A DNA stretch of 64,000 nucleotides from a virus (lineage: Duplodnaviria; Caudoviricetes): the IMG/VR virus record IMGVR_UViG_3300028048_000040, positions 64,001 to 128,000 of that record. One strand, given 5' to 3'. Numbering within the stretch: position 1 is the stretch's first letter; the number at the start of each line of letters is the position of its first letter. Shown here piece after piece: positions 1 through 9,755 of the stretch. Position numbers and translations under genes: made by a program. Below the pieces are notes generated by a model, which saw only the letters and a list, made by a program, of their open reading frames with translations, was not told the DNA's origin and did no database searches.

Positions 1-56
1 ATCTTATGGTATAAAAAAATATCCAGGATCAATTAAGATCCTGGATATCCTTGTTG

Positions 57-227
57 TTAAACATTGGATCTGAGAATTTCAATAACACGAGCATATTGAG
101 CTTCATCAATTTCTTCACCCATCTGCTCTACCTGTTGAAGCATAGCTTGCAACTGTCTCTGCTTCTCAGCAGTAGACATTAGAAAACCTTCTTTAATTGT
201 ACGAATGACTATATCTTTACTGATCAT
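57..227 (-). CDS. Small hypothetical protein, 56 aa (MISKDIVIRT...), not in the ORF track
   Basis: ATG at 227 with AGGAGG RBS; late-type promoter motif at 251-262; terminator hairpin at about 20-48. Confidence 0.75.
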   Translation of the reverse strand: MISKDIVIRTIKEGFLMSTAEKQRQLQAMLQQVEQMGEEIDEAQYARVIEILRSNV

Positions 228-261
228 TGTTAAATACCTCCTTAAGTATATTATTTAACTG

Positions 262-699
262 TTAAAGATATTTAATCCGAGAACCATCATCAAGATGTTT
301 GACATGAATAGAGTCAGGTTCTATCATGATCATACCAAGAGTATTAACTTTCTTATTCTCTTTAATAATATCATTAACATTCATCATCAGACTATATCCT
401 ATCCAAGCTCCTATAACACAAGCAGCAATAAACAATACACCAAAACCAATCTTAGATTTATGAAAGATTATAAATTCTTTAGCCTGATTTAATCTATCTC
501 TAAGAGTTAATTTTGTATTTGGATCATTAATAATACTAACTAAATGATTTCCAGAATCTTGTAATTGATGTATAATTCTATCTTCCTTTTCTGTATGAAA
601 TTTAAACTGAATATTTTGATCTTTTATACAAACAAAGTAGAATACGGTGCTAAGAGCACCAAGAGCTATAGATAGAACTACAATCAAAATCATTTCCAT
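262..699 (-). CDS. Hypothetical membrane protein (2 hydrophobic segments)
   Basis: ORF track; hydrophobic stretches at the N-terminus and around aa 84-104. Confidence 0.7.
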   Translation of the reverse strand: MEMILIVVLSIALGALSTVFYFVCIKDQNIQFKFHTEKEDRIIHQLQDSGNHLVSIINDPNTKLTLRDRLNQAKEFIIFHKSKIGFGVLFIAACVIGAWIGYSLMMNVNDIIKENKKVNTLGMIMIEPDSIHVKHLDDGSRIKYL

Positions 700-721
700 T
701 TTCTAAAAATCCCCTTTTGAA

Positions 722-1267
722 TTATTTACCAGTGGAACCTATACCACCAGTTCTTACCCCTTTTGCATTGTCATCTTCCATGATGAAATATTTCTGTATA
801 ATCCCTTGACAGAATTTGCTACCAGCAGGAAGCTTTAAAGGAACACCAACTCTAAATGCTATGAGAATATGTCCTTCATTGTCACTATTGTTGTAGTAGT
901 CAGCATCAATAATAGGTATAGTATTTGGCATACTAAATCTATATCCAAATCCAAGAGAAGATCTAGGATACAATGCTAAGAATACTTTACTAGATAACTT
1001 TACATCAATAGCATTACTAGCTTCTGGTCTAACAAGATCATCCATATTAGCCTTAATACCAGATGGAAGAACTATAGTCTGATTTGCAGGAACATCAATA
1101 TCAAATGGAAGTTTAAAATCATATCCAGCTGATTTTGATGTAGATCTTTCAGGTTTAGCGATATGCTTATAATTCAATTCATCTGTTCTTGGTAAATACT
1201 CTGTCCCCTCATAATTAAGAGTATTAAATTTCAACCAAGTTTCCAAACTAATTTTTTCAAATGCCAT
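722..1267 (-). CDS. dut: Trimeric dUTPase
   Basis: Motifs SAGYD, PRSSLG, IIDADYY, QGII, RTGGIGSTG; start moved to MAFEK behind GGAGG. Confidence 0.95.
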   Translation of the reverse strand: MAFEKISLETWLKFNTLNYEGTEYLPRTDELNYKHIAKPERSTSKSAGYDFKLPFDIDVPANQTIVLPSGIKANMDDLVRPEASNAIDVKLSSKVFLALYPRSSLGFGYRFSMPNTIPIIDADYYNNSDNEGHILIAFRVGVPLKLPAGSKFCQGIIQKYFIMEDDNAKGVRTGGIGSTGK

Positions 1268-1359
1268 GTTGTTTACCTCCAATTACAAATAATAGCTCTG
1301 AACACTACTAGAGTGTTCAGAGCAATGTATAAAGAGATGTTTAGTTATGAAATCAAGTT

Positions 1360-1434
1360 TGGCCCGCCTACCAAGAATCGAACTTGGATTAAAGGTTTAG
1401 AAGACCCTTGTACTATCCATTATACTATAGGCGG
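1360..1434 (-). tRNA. tRNA-Arg(UCU) with encoded CCA
   Basis: Acceptor stem CCGCCTA/TAGGCGG plus G-CCA; anticodon arm AGGGT-CTTCTAA-ACCTT; T arm CCAAG-TTCGATT-CTTGG. Confidence 0.95.
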
Positions 1435-1478
1435 GAATCTTTTCTAGACTAATATATTGTTAGTGCGCTTGTAATTTA

Positions 1479-3080
1479 TTACTCAGTTATCTTAGAGTGA
1501 CACATGACAGCAAAGATGATAGTAAAAGTTCTAACCAATATATCTATTTCTGGCTCAAATCTTAAATGATAAGATTTCTGCTTAAATTCATATTGATGTT
1601 GAATTTGTTCTTTAATATCATCTAGTGCGAATAAACAATCTACGTTAAATTTATCTAATCCTAATGGTATCTTTGGATTATCATAACCCTCATTAGGATA
1701 GTAATATGGAATTTCACCTACCTCTGTTGGTCTGAATATTGATTCGGTTGCTAATTTAAGCATATCTTTTCTAGATATTCTCATACCAGCAGCACCTGGA
1801 TGCCCTTGACCTAATCCAAATGTTCCAAATACATTATTGATTCCCACATCCTTTATTAATTGATCTGATGTATAACCAGATACAGATAGTATAGCTGGTT
1901 TATTAGTATAACGTATAAGCAAAGTAATCTCATACTCATTATCAGTTTGGTAATGACTCTCTACAAATCTAGAACTATTACCAGTGCCATAGATAGCTCT
2001 AATATGTAATATCTTGCCATTCTCAAATTGAACAGAATACTTATATATATAATCAAACTTATACATCAGTTTCAGTTTCTTTTGGTTAAGATCCCATAGA
2101 ATCTTACCAGCTACTAGCATTCTAGTAATGTATTCAATTTGATATTCTTCCATAAAGGAATCTTTCCAGAATTTTGTAAATACATAGATAGTTTGATAGT
2201 CCCAGTAGAATTGATTCATATATACTGCATTTTGATATGTTTCTGGAAATCTTTCATCCATTTTCATATCATATACACTGACTAATGCTGCAATCTTATA
2301 TCCAGTAATATATTTAGTTTCCTTAACACGTTTTATATATGGATGTAACCATAGCAATGCTAATTGAGTGGCAGACATTCTGGTATCTAACACATAAGAG
2401 AAATCACTAGTAACAAAGTTGGTTTTCATTGACTTTATAAAGTCTCCAGATTCTAATTCATTTACAACTGGAATGGATCCAGCATGATGATCTATCCAAA
2501 CTACTTTGTTAAATGTACTTAACAACATAGTCATATATAGAATCTTTGGAGATAAATCAACTATGAATAGGACGAATTTCTTTTCTGGATTTCTAGCCTT
2601 TTCTACATTTACATCTAAGATTAGTTTATCAAGCACTTCATATTCATAATTGAATCTAGTGATCTTTACATTATCTCCATAGTGTAAAGAGTTGAATACT
2701 AAACTACCAGATGCATCTCCATCCATATCTGTATGGCATATCATATATACCATACACTCTTTAGCTCTTATAGCATTTATATCATTATCTAATAAGATGC
2801 CTTCTTTATTATAAGAATACTGAGCTATAAGATTAGAACTCTTTTTACTATCAAATATTCTTACAATATTAGAATTGGTAAGATTAGATTTTCTTCTGGA
2901 TACATAGGTTTCATCAAAGCCCATGTATCCAGAAAGTTTCTTAGGATACTTATCATTGTCTGAAATAACTAGATCATTTATAGAATTATAGAACAACTTA
3001 TTCTGCTCTTCAGATGAAAAGATAGCAAATCTTCCATCATCTAATTCAGACAATACTTGATCGACATCTATATCTATCAC
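1479..3080 (-). CDS. DHH-family phosphoesterase
   Basis: HTDMDG, IVDLS, WIDHH and DHHA1-like GQGHPGAAG motifs. Confidence 0.85.
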   Translation of the reverse strand: MIDIDVDQVLSELDDGRFAIFSSEEQNKLFYNSINDLVISDNDKYPKKLSGYMGFDETYVSRRKSNLTNSNIVRIFDSKKSSNLIAQYSYNKEGILLDNDINAIRAKECMVYMICHTDMDGDASGSLVFNSLHYGDNVKITRFNYEYEVLDKLILDVNVEKARNPEKKFVLFIVDLSPKILYMTMLLSTFNKVVWIDHHAGSIPVVNELESGDFIKSMKTNFVTSDFSYVLDTRMSATQLALLWLHPYIKRVKETKYITGYKIAALVSVYDMKMDERFPETYQNAVYMNQFYWDYQTIYVFTKFWKDSFMEEYQIEYITRMLVAGKILWDLNQKKLKLMYKFDYIYKYSVQFENGKILHIRAIYGTGNSSRFVESHYQTDNEYEITLLIRYTNKPAILSVSGYTSDQLIKDVGINNVFGTFGLGQGHPGAAGMRISRKDMLKLATESIFRPTEVGEIPYYYPNEGYDNPKIPLGLDKFNVDCLFALDDIKEQIQHQYEFKQKSYHLRFEPEIDILVRTFTIIFAVMCHSKITE

Positions 3081-3415
3081 AGATAGTCACTCCTTCTTAA
3101 AGATTCATTCATTTTATTTGCCTCTTCTTGAGTTATTACTCCATTAGCTTCAAAATAGACTACTTGCTTTTTTGGACTTACTTTAGTGTATTTCTCTGCT
3201 TCAGACTTTATACCACTCATATCCACATTGGCACGAATAGGAACACTCTTAAATCTAGTATCCACACTAATAGAATTAGGAATGTTTAATAGCATTTGAG
3301 ATGCTGTTCTCTTCAACTCCTTTTCTGGATGAGTGCATAATCTTCCTATGGTATCAATAGTAGTACCAATTGCAGTCTGCTTGAATGCATCCCATAAGAT
3401 GTTTCCAAAATTCAT
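3077..3415 (-). CDS. Hypothetical protein
   Basis: ORF with AGGAGG RBS and an early-type promoter at about 3447. Confidence 0.75.
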   Translation of the reverse strand: MNFGNILWDAFKQTAIGTTIDTIGRLCTHPEKELKRTASQMLLNIPNSISVDTRFKSVPIRANVDMSGIKSEAEKYTKVSPKKQVVYFEANGVITQEEANKMNESLRRSDYL

Positions 3416-3501
3416 AATATCTCCTCCTTAAAATAGATACATAGTAATAGTATATCATTATTCAAAAATTTAAAGGAGTACCATTTCTGGTACTCCTGTT
3501 T

Positions 3502-4305
3502 TTAGAATTCATATTGTGATATGTCTACACCTTTTAACAAGCTATATTTATCATCATTGACTTTTCTCATCAGCTCTATTTCTTTAGCAATATCTTGAGT
3601 AGTATATCTCAATAGTTTTCTATGAGCTGGATCTAATGTAGATATACCTAATTCTCTTGGATTTAATTCACCTAACCCTTTTGCTCGTTCCATATTCTTT
3701 GGTTCAGCATTTCTTAATTCATGGGTAAGCTCATACAATCCAAGTTTCTTACCATTTACAAGATATCTTTTTTCAGAAGCATCTATATATGGAATAAGAG
3801 AAGTTACATCATTCATGAATTGCTCTGTTAATACTACAGATTGAATACCAGATTCTCCATTATCTGCTAAACCATTCAAGATAGTAACACCTTTCTTTTG
3901 AGATACATTAAGATATGGATATTTCTTATTGAAGTTCTGTTTCATCTTACTGAAACTCAAACCTCTAGAAATCAATACATCTTCTAATAAAACTGGATTG
4001 ATTGCTTTATTGTAAGCTATATGCTCCATAAGCTTATCATAGTCTTTGAATCTATTAACAAATGCATTGAATTCAGAATTGGTAAACTGTTTCTTGGTTC
4101 TCATATGGCATAATTTATGATTCTTTAAGAAATCTTTTCTTACAAAATCTATTACAGCATCCATATCTATGAAATATCTCCAATTCTTTGTACCCATGTC
4201 TACATGATACAATGGAGATAATGCTGTATATACTCTTCCAGCTTCTATAAGAGGACGACAATACAGAAGTAGAAATTTTAATATGAGAACCCTAATATGC
4301 GCACC
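3502..4305 (-). CDS. gyrB: Type II topoisomerase B subunit (GyrB-like), exon 2
   Basis: Begins GAHIRVL, completing the DxDxDG.HI TOPRIM motif; also SPLY and KGLGE. Confidence 0.92.
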   Translation of the reverse strand, partial: GAHIRVLILKFLLLYCRPLIEAGRVYTALSPLYHVDMGTKNWRYFIDMDAVIDFVRKDFLKNHKLCHMRTKKQFTNSEFNAFVNRFKDYDKLMEHIAYNKAINPVLLEDVLISRGLSFSKMKQNFNKKYPYLNVSQKKGVTILNGLADNGESGIQSVVLTEQFMNDVTSLIPYIDASEKRYLVNGKKLGLYELTHELRNAEPKNMERAKGLGELNPRELGISTLDPAHRKLLRYTTQDIAKEIELMRKVNDDKYSLLKGVDISQYEF

Positions 4306-4668
4306 CGGCGCGCATAACACCCGATCATATCTTCACCCGTAAATCTACAATCTCCTTTCCGTTATTAGATATAACTATAGGTGGGACGCACTTCGATTTA
4401 AAGGTTTCCCTACCTTTATAAAAAGGCTCTACTCCCATTTCAGGGATGATCTGTGAACTTTAAGATAGGCTATTTTATTCCTCTATCTTCTTAGCTGCTG
4501 ATTATCTATTGTTGAAGCTTTTAGCATTATTTTTTAGCATGAGCCATCCTATAACTTGTTTCTGCTTTCGCAACCATTTAGGTATATAGGCATTAAGACG
4601 TCCCAGCAGTTCACGTCCTGATACTCTTAGGAGTTACCCCCTAAGACGACAGTGCTGTATTTAGCATA
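4306..4668 (-). ncRNA. Self-splicing group I intron (IA-like), 363 nt, no homing endonuclease ORF
   Basis: P AACTGCTGGGA (4611-4601), Q AATCAGCAGC (4503-4494), R GTTCACAGATCAT (4458-4446), S AAGATATGATCGG (4333-4321); exon ends in U and intron ends in G; guide GCACT-GTCG pairs with both exons. Confidence 0.93.
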
Positions 4669-6231
4669 ATCGAAATCACCATCAACGGTGATAATTACTT
4701 TATCAAATGGACACTTACTGATATCAAAGTTTTTACCATAACCTGATCCTAATATAGATAAGATGCCTTTTACTTCTTCATTAGCTAAGAATTTATCTCT
4801 AGATGTGCTAAATGCATTAGGCATTTTACCACGTATAGCATATATAGCTTGATATTTGCAATCTCTTGCAGTTTCACATGGAGAAGATGCTGAAAGACCT
4901 TCAACTATAAATAGCTCTAAGTGATCTTTATTCTCTGCCTTTACATATCCCTTTGGCAACTTAGTAAAGTCTCCATTATTATACTTCTTAGCAACATTTG
5001 CTCTTTCTTTATCAGCTCTGCTTCTAGCAAGTGCTACATCTTTTAAGAATGCACATACTTTCTGAAGGTCATCTGGATTTTGTTTAGACCATTGTTTCAA
5101 TGCTTCTACTACTACATCATGCATGAATGGTTCTAAATCTTCATTCTTACATACATTCTTTGCTTGACCATCAAACATTACTTCCATATGACAAGCAGAT
5201 ACTGCTGCTACTAAACCTGTGGTAACATCTCCATTTGTTGCTTCTAGTTTAGATCTAGTAGTTGCTAGATATATCTTGTTCATATAGTTCTTAAAGAAGT
5301 CTTGTACTCCTCTCATGAATCCTTTAGATGGAGTAGATTCTAATGTATTTACTGGAGTCATATTAGCAAAAGTAATTACATTAGCACTAGCATTAATATC
5401 TTGAGTGAATATCATTGCTATATCTGCTTTCATTACTCCAGTATCTTGGAATATCATAATAGGTTTGATCATTGGTTTCTTAGTCATTCTCATAAGATAT
5501 GTAAGAGTACCATCCACATTAGTAAGCTCTTTATGGATAACTAATTCTTTTCCATTTGGTTTAGGCTTATGACCAATGAAGTCTATCTTAGCACCTTGTT
5601 TGAGTAATGGTACCAAGTTCTCTAAGAACATCAATACATCTTCACATCTTATGGTAATATTACCCATAATAGAGAAGTCTGGAACAAATCTTACTATGGT
5701 TCCATGATCTTGAGATTTATTTGGTCTCTTCTCAGGACCTTTCTTATATTTAGAAAGAGGTTTACCTTCAGAGAATTCGATAACACCTGTAACAAATCCA
5801 TCTTTCTTATTATAGGTATGAGATTCTACTTCAAATACAGATGATACTGCATTAGTACATTTAGCACCAACACCATGAAGACCTGATGGATAGTTTCCTT
5901 TTTCTTTAGTATAGTTAGTAGATGTATGCTCTCTAGAGAATATTCTAACCAAATCATCTACAGGACACCCTCGACCATTATCTCTTACTATACATCCTCT
6001 AGTTCTTTCATCATATTCAACCCATACTTCTGTAGCAAATCCTCTTTGGATTTCATCAGTACCATTTTGAATTACTTCTCGTATACCATTCATCCATCCT
6101 TCATTTCCTATAGAGGATAGATACTCACCTGGATTCTGTCTAACCGAATCTACAAACAATTCAATTGTTTTGATTCCCTTAGTATAGGAATCCATGTTAT
6201 TTAGAAATTCCTTTGATATCTCCTTTTTCAA
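4669..6231 (-). CDS. gyrB: Type II topoisomerase B subunit (GyrB-like), exon 1
   Basis: GHKL motifs EVIQNGTDE, DNGRG, GLHGVG; TOPRIM VEGLSA, IRGK, ITVDGDFD; TTG start with AGGAG RBS. Confidence 0.93.
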
Positions 6232-6383
6232 AACTATTCTCCTTTCTTTAGTCAGAATAACTGAGTCACCAAGATGTTTATCTCTGTTTTAAAATTTTAA
6301 AAAAGAATCACAGAGAGGAATAGATCCTCTCTGTGATAAATGCATGATTCAGATAATTGTTAATAACAGTTAAAGAGATTTAC

Positions 6384-7421
6384 TTAAGCTTTTGCAGGTT
6401 CCTGCAGATTCGGATTCTTCGGTGCTTCAGGCATCGGAGGAGTCTGAGTATTTGCTACAGAGGGACCAGGCATAGCTACATTCTGTACAGTCTGAGCCTG
6501 CTGAGGCTGCTGTACTACACTAGTGAAATCAGGCTGAACAGTCTGATTATTCTGTTCTACATAACCAATGGGATTAGTACCCATCTGAGCTACACCACCA
6601 AGACCATAGGTCTGACCAGCAGGAGCAGTATTAGCTACAGTCTGCTGATTGGGTTGAGGTACATACACACCATTCTGCTGTACAAACTGAGGCTGATTAA
6701 ACTGAGCCATAGCAGGAGCGGCAGGAGCATATACAGGCTGTTGGTTAGCTGCAAAATACGGATTTACACCACCAGTCTGAATACCATTGAACATATTGAA
6801 ATTACCACCCATGCCACCAAGCAGTGCACCAAGAGCACCAAAGGCATTGTCATTACCATACTGCTGATTCGGATTGAGCTGGTAATAATTGGAGGAATTC
6901 TCGAAATACTTCTTTGCAACCTTCCAGAGCTGAGGTACTTTACCAATAAGACCAGCAATGATATAGATCTCTTTGAGAGCCAGAGGCACATTGCCATAAT
7001 AAGTCTTGATGGACTGGAAGAGATCGAGGAAGTCTCCACAAATGCGTTCTACTTCTTCATCAGTCGTGTTAAGATCAAGCAGATTCCACTCTGCACCACA
7101 AATGTTGCACTTTACACGACCACTACCATCTTTTGTTTCTTCAATGGAATAATGACCTTGGGTATCTTTATGAGTGCAGATAGAACGAAGATATTCTTCG
7201 CGAGTTAACCGACCCTGGAAACCTACAGGCTGTTTCTGAAGTTCTGCAATCTGTTCTGCAGACAAGAACTGAACATTCTGAGATTCAGGAGTTACTACTT
7301 GTGCAGGTTGTACAACAGGATTCATCATGGGATTATAAATGGGATTATAACCACCCATAACTTGTGCCTGCTGAGCCTGCTGAACTACCGGGTTTTGAGC
7401 GACATTGTTGTTGTAAAACAT
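6384..7421 (-). CDS. Q/P/N-rich low-complexity protein with a CxH...CxxC Zn-binding core
   Basis: CTHKD...CNICG; Q/P-rich termini; strong CAG/CTG codon bias; own early-type promoter. Confidence 0.75.
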   Translation of the reverse strand: MFYNNNVAQNPVVQQAQQAQVMGGYNPIYNPMMNPVVQPAQVVTPESQNVQFLSAEQIAELQKQPVGFQGRLTREEYLRSICTHKDTQGHYSIEETKDGSGRVKCNICGAEWNLLDLNTTDEEVERICGDFLDLFQSIKTYYGNVPLALKEIYIIAGLIGKVPQLWKVAKKYFENSSNYYQLNPNQQYGNDNAFGALGALLGGMGGNFNMFNGIQTGGVNPYFAANQQPVYAPAAPAMAQFNQPQFVQQNGVYVPQPNQQTVANTAPAGQTYGLGGVAQMGTNPIGYVEQNNQTVQPDFTSVVQQPQQAQTVQNVAMPGPSVANTQTPPMPEAPKNPNLQEPAKA

Positions 7422-7620
7422 AAAAAATACCTCCATATGATAATTGATTATTAATCTGGGTATTCGCTTACGCGAATATCCAGATCTTCACTATAATAGT
7501 ATATAACTGAAATTTCGAACCCTCTGCAAAATATGGATATTTTGTAGAGCTTCCTTTGGGTTCGAAATTCCAGTGACCTAAGTAGGTTACACCTTAGTCT
7601 AACCTGTTGTAAATTATAAT

Positions 7621-8184
7621 TTAGAATGCCATTGGATGAACAGTAGCATTATATTCATGAACATCCTGATAGTGTCTGGTTGCCGGATCCTTACGCTTAT
7701 CAGTCATAGTCATGTAAGATCTATTTCTTGCTTTTGGAATCTGAACTGCATTATCAGTATCAACATACAGAATCTTCTTGATAGCAGCTTTTTGAGTATC
7801 TGGCATACCAATAGCAGTAGCAAAATTATCATATGCTTCTTCTGTAAGCTGAACTCTGATATTCTGAATTTCTCCATAATCTACACAAATACATGTTCCT
7901 GCAATGGTTGGTTTATTACCAAATGACATTGCTGGAGATGCAGCATGAAAAGTAGACTCAGTATTATATACAAATGCATAGAATACTTCGTTACTATCAT
8001 CCCAGAAAACTGTAGGATTATTTGGATTATAAATAACATTCAGAGAGTTATCGCAGACTACATGAATCAAAGACTTAACTGTCTTTGTAGCATCTGCTGG
8101 ATCACAATTCTTATCCTTATTATAAAGGGTAAATGTAGCTTGCTCACATTTCTGTCTTAGCAATTGTACTGTAGCTTTTTCCAT
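7621..8184 (-). CDS. Hypothetical protein
   Basis: ORF; start moved to MEKATVQ behind AGGAGG; late-type motif at 8227-8238. Confidence 0.75.
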   Translation of the reverse strand: MEKATVQLLRQKCEQATFTLYNKDKNCDPADATKTVKSLIHVVCDNSLNVIYNPNNPTVFWDDSNEVFYAFVYNTESTFHAASPAMSFGNKPTIAGTCICVDYGEIQNIRVQLTEEAYDNFATAIGMPDTQKAAIKKILYVDTDNAVQIPKARNRSYMTMTDKRKDPATRHYQDVHEYNATVHPMAF

Positions 8185-8261
8185 AAGATTTAAATCCTCC
8201 TTAAGAATGAGAGTATTCATAAATGATTATTAAACTGTTTATGAGATACTCTCTTATTCTA

Positions 8262-8801
8262 TTAAAGGATTAAATTCTTTGCACCCTTCATAAATGGATT
8301 TCCATTAAGCTGAATAGATATAGTGACTAAGAACTGAGGGTTGCACATTTCAGGATGTATAAATCCATCAGGACCCATACCAGAATCTCTATATTTTACT
8401 ATACCTTCCATTATAGTAGAATATGCTATATACTTAAGCTCAGCTTTTTGCATAACAGCACCAAATACAGGATTGGCTAATATAGGTCTAGTATCAGGAT
8501 CTTGTGGTCTATTGGCAGCAAATCTTAATGCATCTCTACATGCTAAAGTTTCCAATACTTTATTTTGAAGATCATTTATAGCTTCTTGAACTATTCTAGG
8601 ATCTCCTATAAAGTATTGATAATATTTATTCTGCTGAAGATTACCAAATGCTAAATCTAAGTATAATACTTTCAACTTAGCTTGTATATCAGCAGTAGAT
8701 GCTTTAGCAGTACATGTAGGACCATTAGCATTTAGAAAATGCTCAAAGAATTTACTAGGCCTAAGTTTCTTGTTTAATGTAGAAGCTTTTAGTGCTCTCA
8801 T
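8262..8801 (-). CDS. Hypothetical protein
   Basis: ORF with RBS in a tightly packed operon. Confidence 0.75.
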   Translation of the reverse strand: MRALKASTLNKKLRPSKFFEHFLNANGPTCTAKASTADIQAKLKVLYLDLAFGNLQQNKYYQYFIGDPRIVQEAINDLQNKVLETLACRDALRFAANRPQDPDTRPILANPVFGAVMQKAELKYIAYSTIMEGIVKYRDSGMGPDGFIHPEMCNPQFLVTISIQLNGNPFMKGAKNLIL

Positions 8802-8813
8802 TCTTATTCCTCC

Positions 8814-9026
8814 TTATGGCATACATTTAGCCATTTCTAGAGCTTGCAATTCATCTTGATATTCTTTCTCAAACTGATTCATCTTGGAAATATTCTGGAC
8901 AAATGTTACAACTCCTTCTGGAGAATTATAGAAATCATTATTATTCATCATCAGGGATTTCATTTGATCTCCATATTTAGCAGCAATATTAATTTTTCTA
9001 TCATAGTATTCTTTGTACGTCATCAT
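8814..9026 (-). CDS. Hypothetical protein
   Basis: ORF packed in operon. Confidence 0.65.
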   Translation of the reverse strand: MMTYKEYYDRKINIAAKYGDQMKSLMMNNNDFYNSPEGVVTFVQNISKMNQFEKEYQDELQALEMAKCMP

Positions 9027-9027
9027 A

Positions 9028-9465
9028 TCACTTTACCCCTACCCCTTTATTGATTTCTTTATTATATATCAGATTCAAATCCAACTCAGGATAGAGATCT
9101 GAAGCATAAGCATCTAAATCATCAACAGTAAAGTTAGTCTGAACTTTCTTAGACTCTATACAATGTCTCATAAAACTATACACACTAACTTCTTCACCAA
9201 GATGGATATGTCCTGTCATAATATAGGAATGAATAATATCAATTCCCATGCATTCTCCTTCAAGATATCCAAATGCTCCATCTCTTCCTCTTATAGAGAT
9301 CCAACGACCTTCATGACATTCATCATCTCCAGGATTATCTACATCAGTCATAAGAATAAGATATGGTTTAGATTCAACCATATCAATATCTTCAAACTGA
9401 TTAGTATTCGGATTAATAAATTGAACAACAGATTTGAAAGCTTCGACTGGTTTGTGTAATGGCAT
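9028..9465 (-). CDS. Hypothetical protein
   Basis: ORF with AGGAGG RBS. Confidence 0.75.
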   Translation of the reverse strand: MPLHKPVEAFKSVVQFINPNTNQFEDIDMVESKPYLILMTDVDNPGDDECHEGRWISIRGRDGAFGYLEGECMGIDIIHSYIMTGHIHLGEEVSVYSFMRHCIESKKVQTNFTVDDLDAYASDLYPELDLNLIYNKEINKGVGVK

Positions 9466-9605
9466 AGTAATTCCTCCTAATAATAAAAAACATTTAATTT
9501 ACCATGAGTTTAATAGTGATGAGCATTAGCTCATCACTAATCACTCATATGTATAGTATATGTTTGAAATTTAGTTTACTTTTACAAACAACCGTACTAA
9601 TATAT

Positions 9606-9744
9606 AATGAAGAATAGGGTTGCCTCCATTAATACGGTTTGCTCATCCGTGGATAGTTGTCCTTTCTGATAATTGATTGTTATATACAGATTTTCATGCT
9701 CGTTTTCCTATTCTTCTCCCATAGGTCATGGATGGCCTATGGGA
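9606..9744 (+). ncRNA. Candidate late-expressed structured small RNA
   Basis: Late-type motif at 9596-9607; closing stem 9609-9618/9707-9716; 3' hairpin 9717-9744; G-U pairs only on the plus strand. Confidence 0.5.
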
Positions 9745-9755
9745 TACTTAATGTC

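Noticed and set aside
3502-6231. gyrB as two genes or a pseudogene
   Set aside because: The gap is a group I intron whose removal restores the frame and the catalytic motif.
6357-7208. 283-aa plus-strand ORF
   Set aside because: Antisense shadow of the codon-biased 6384-7421 gene, with no RBS or promoter motif.
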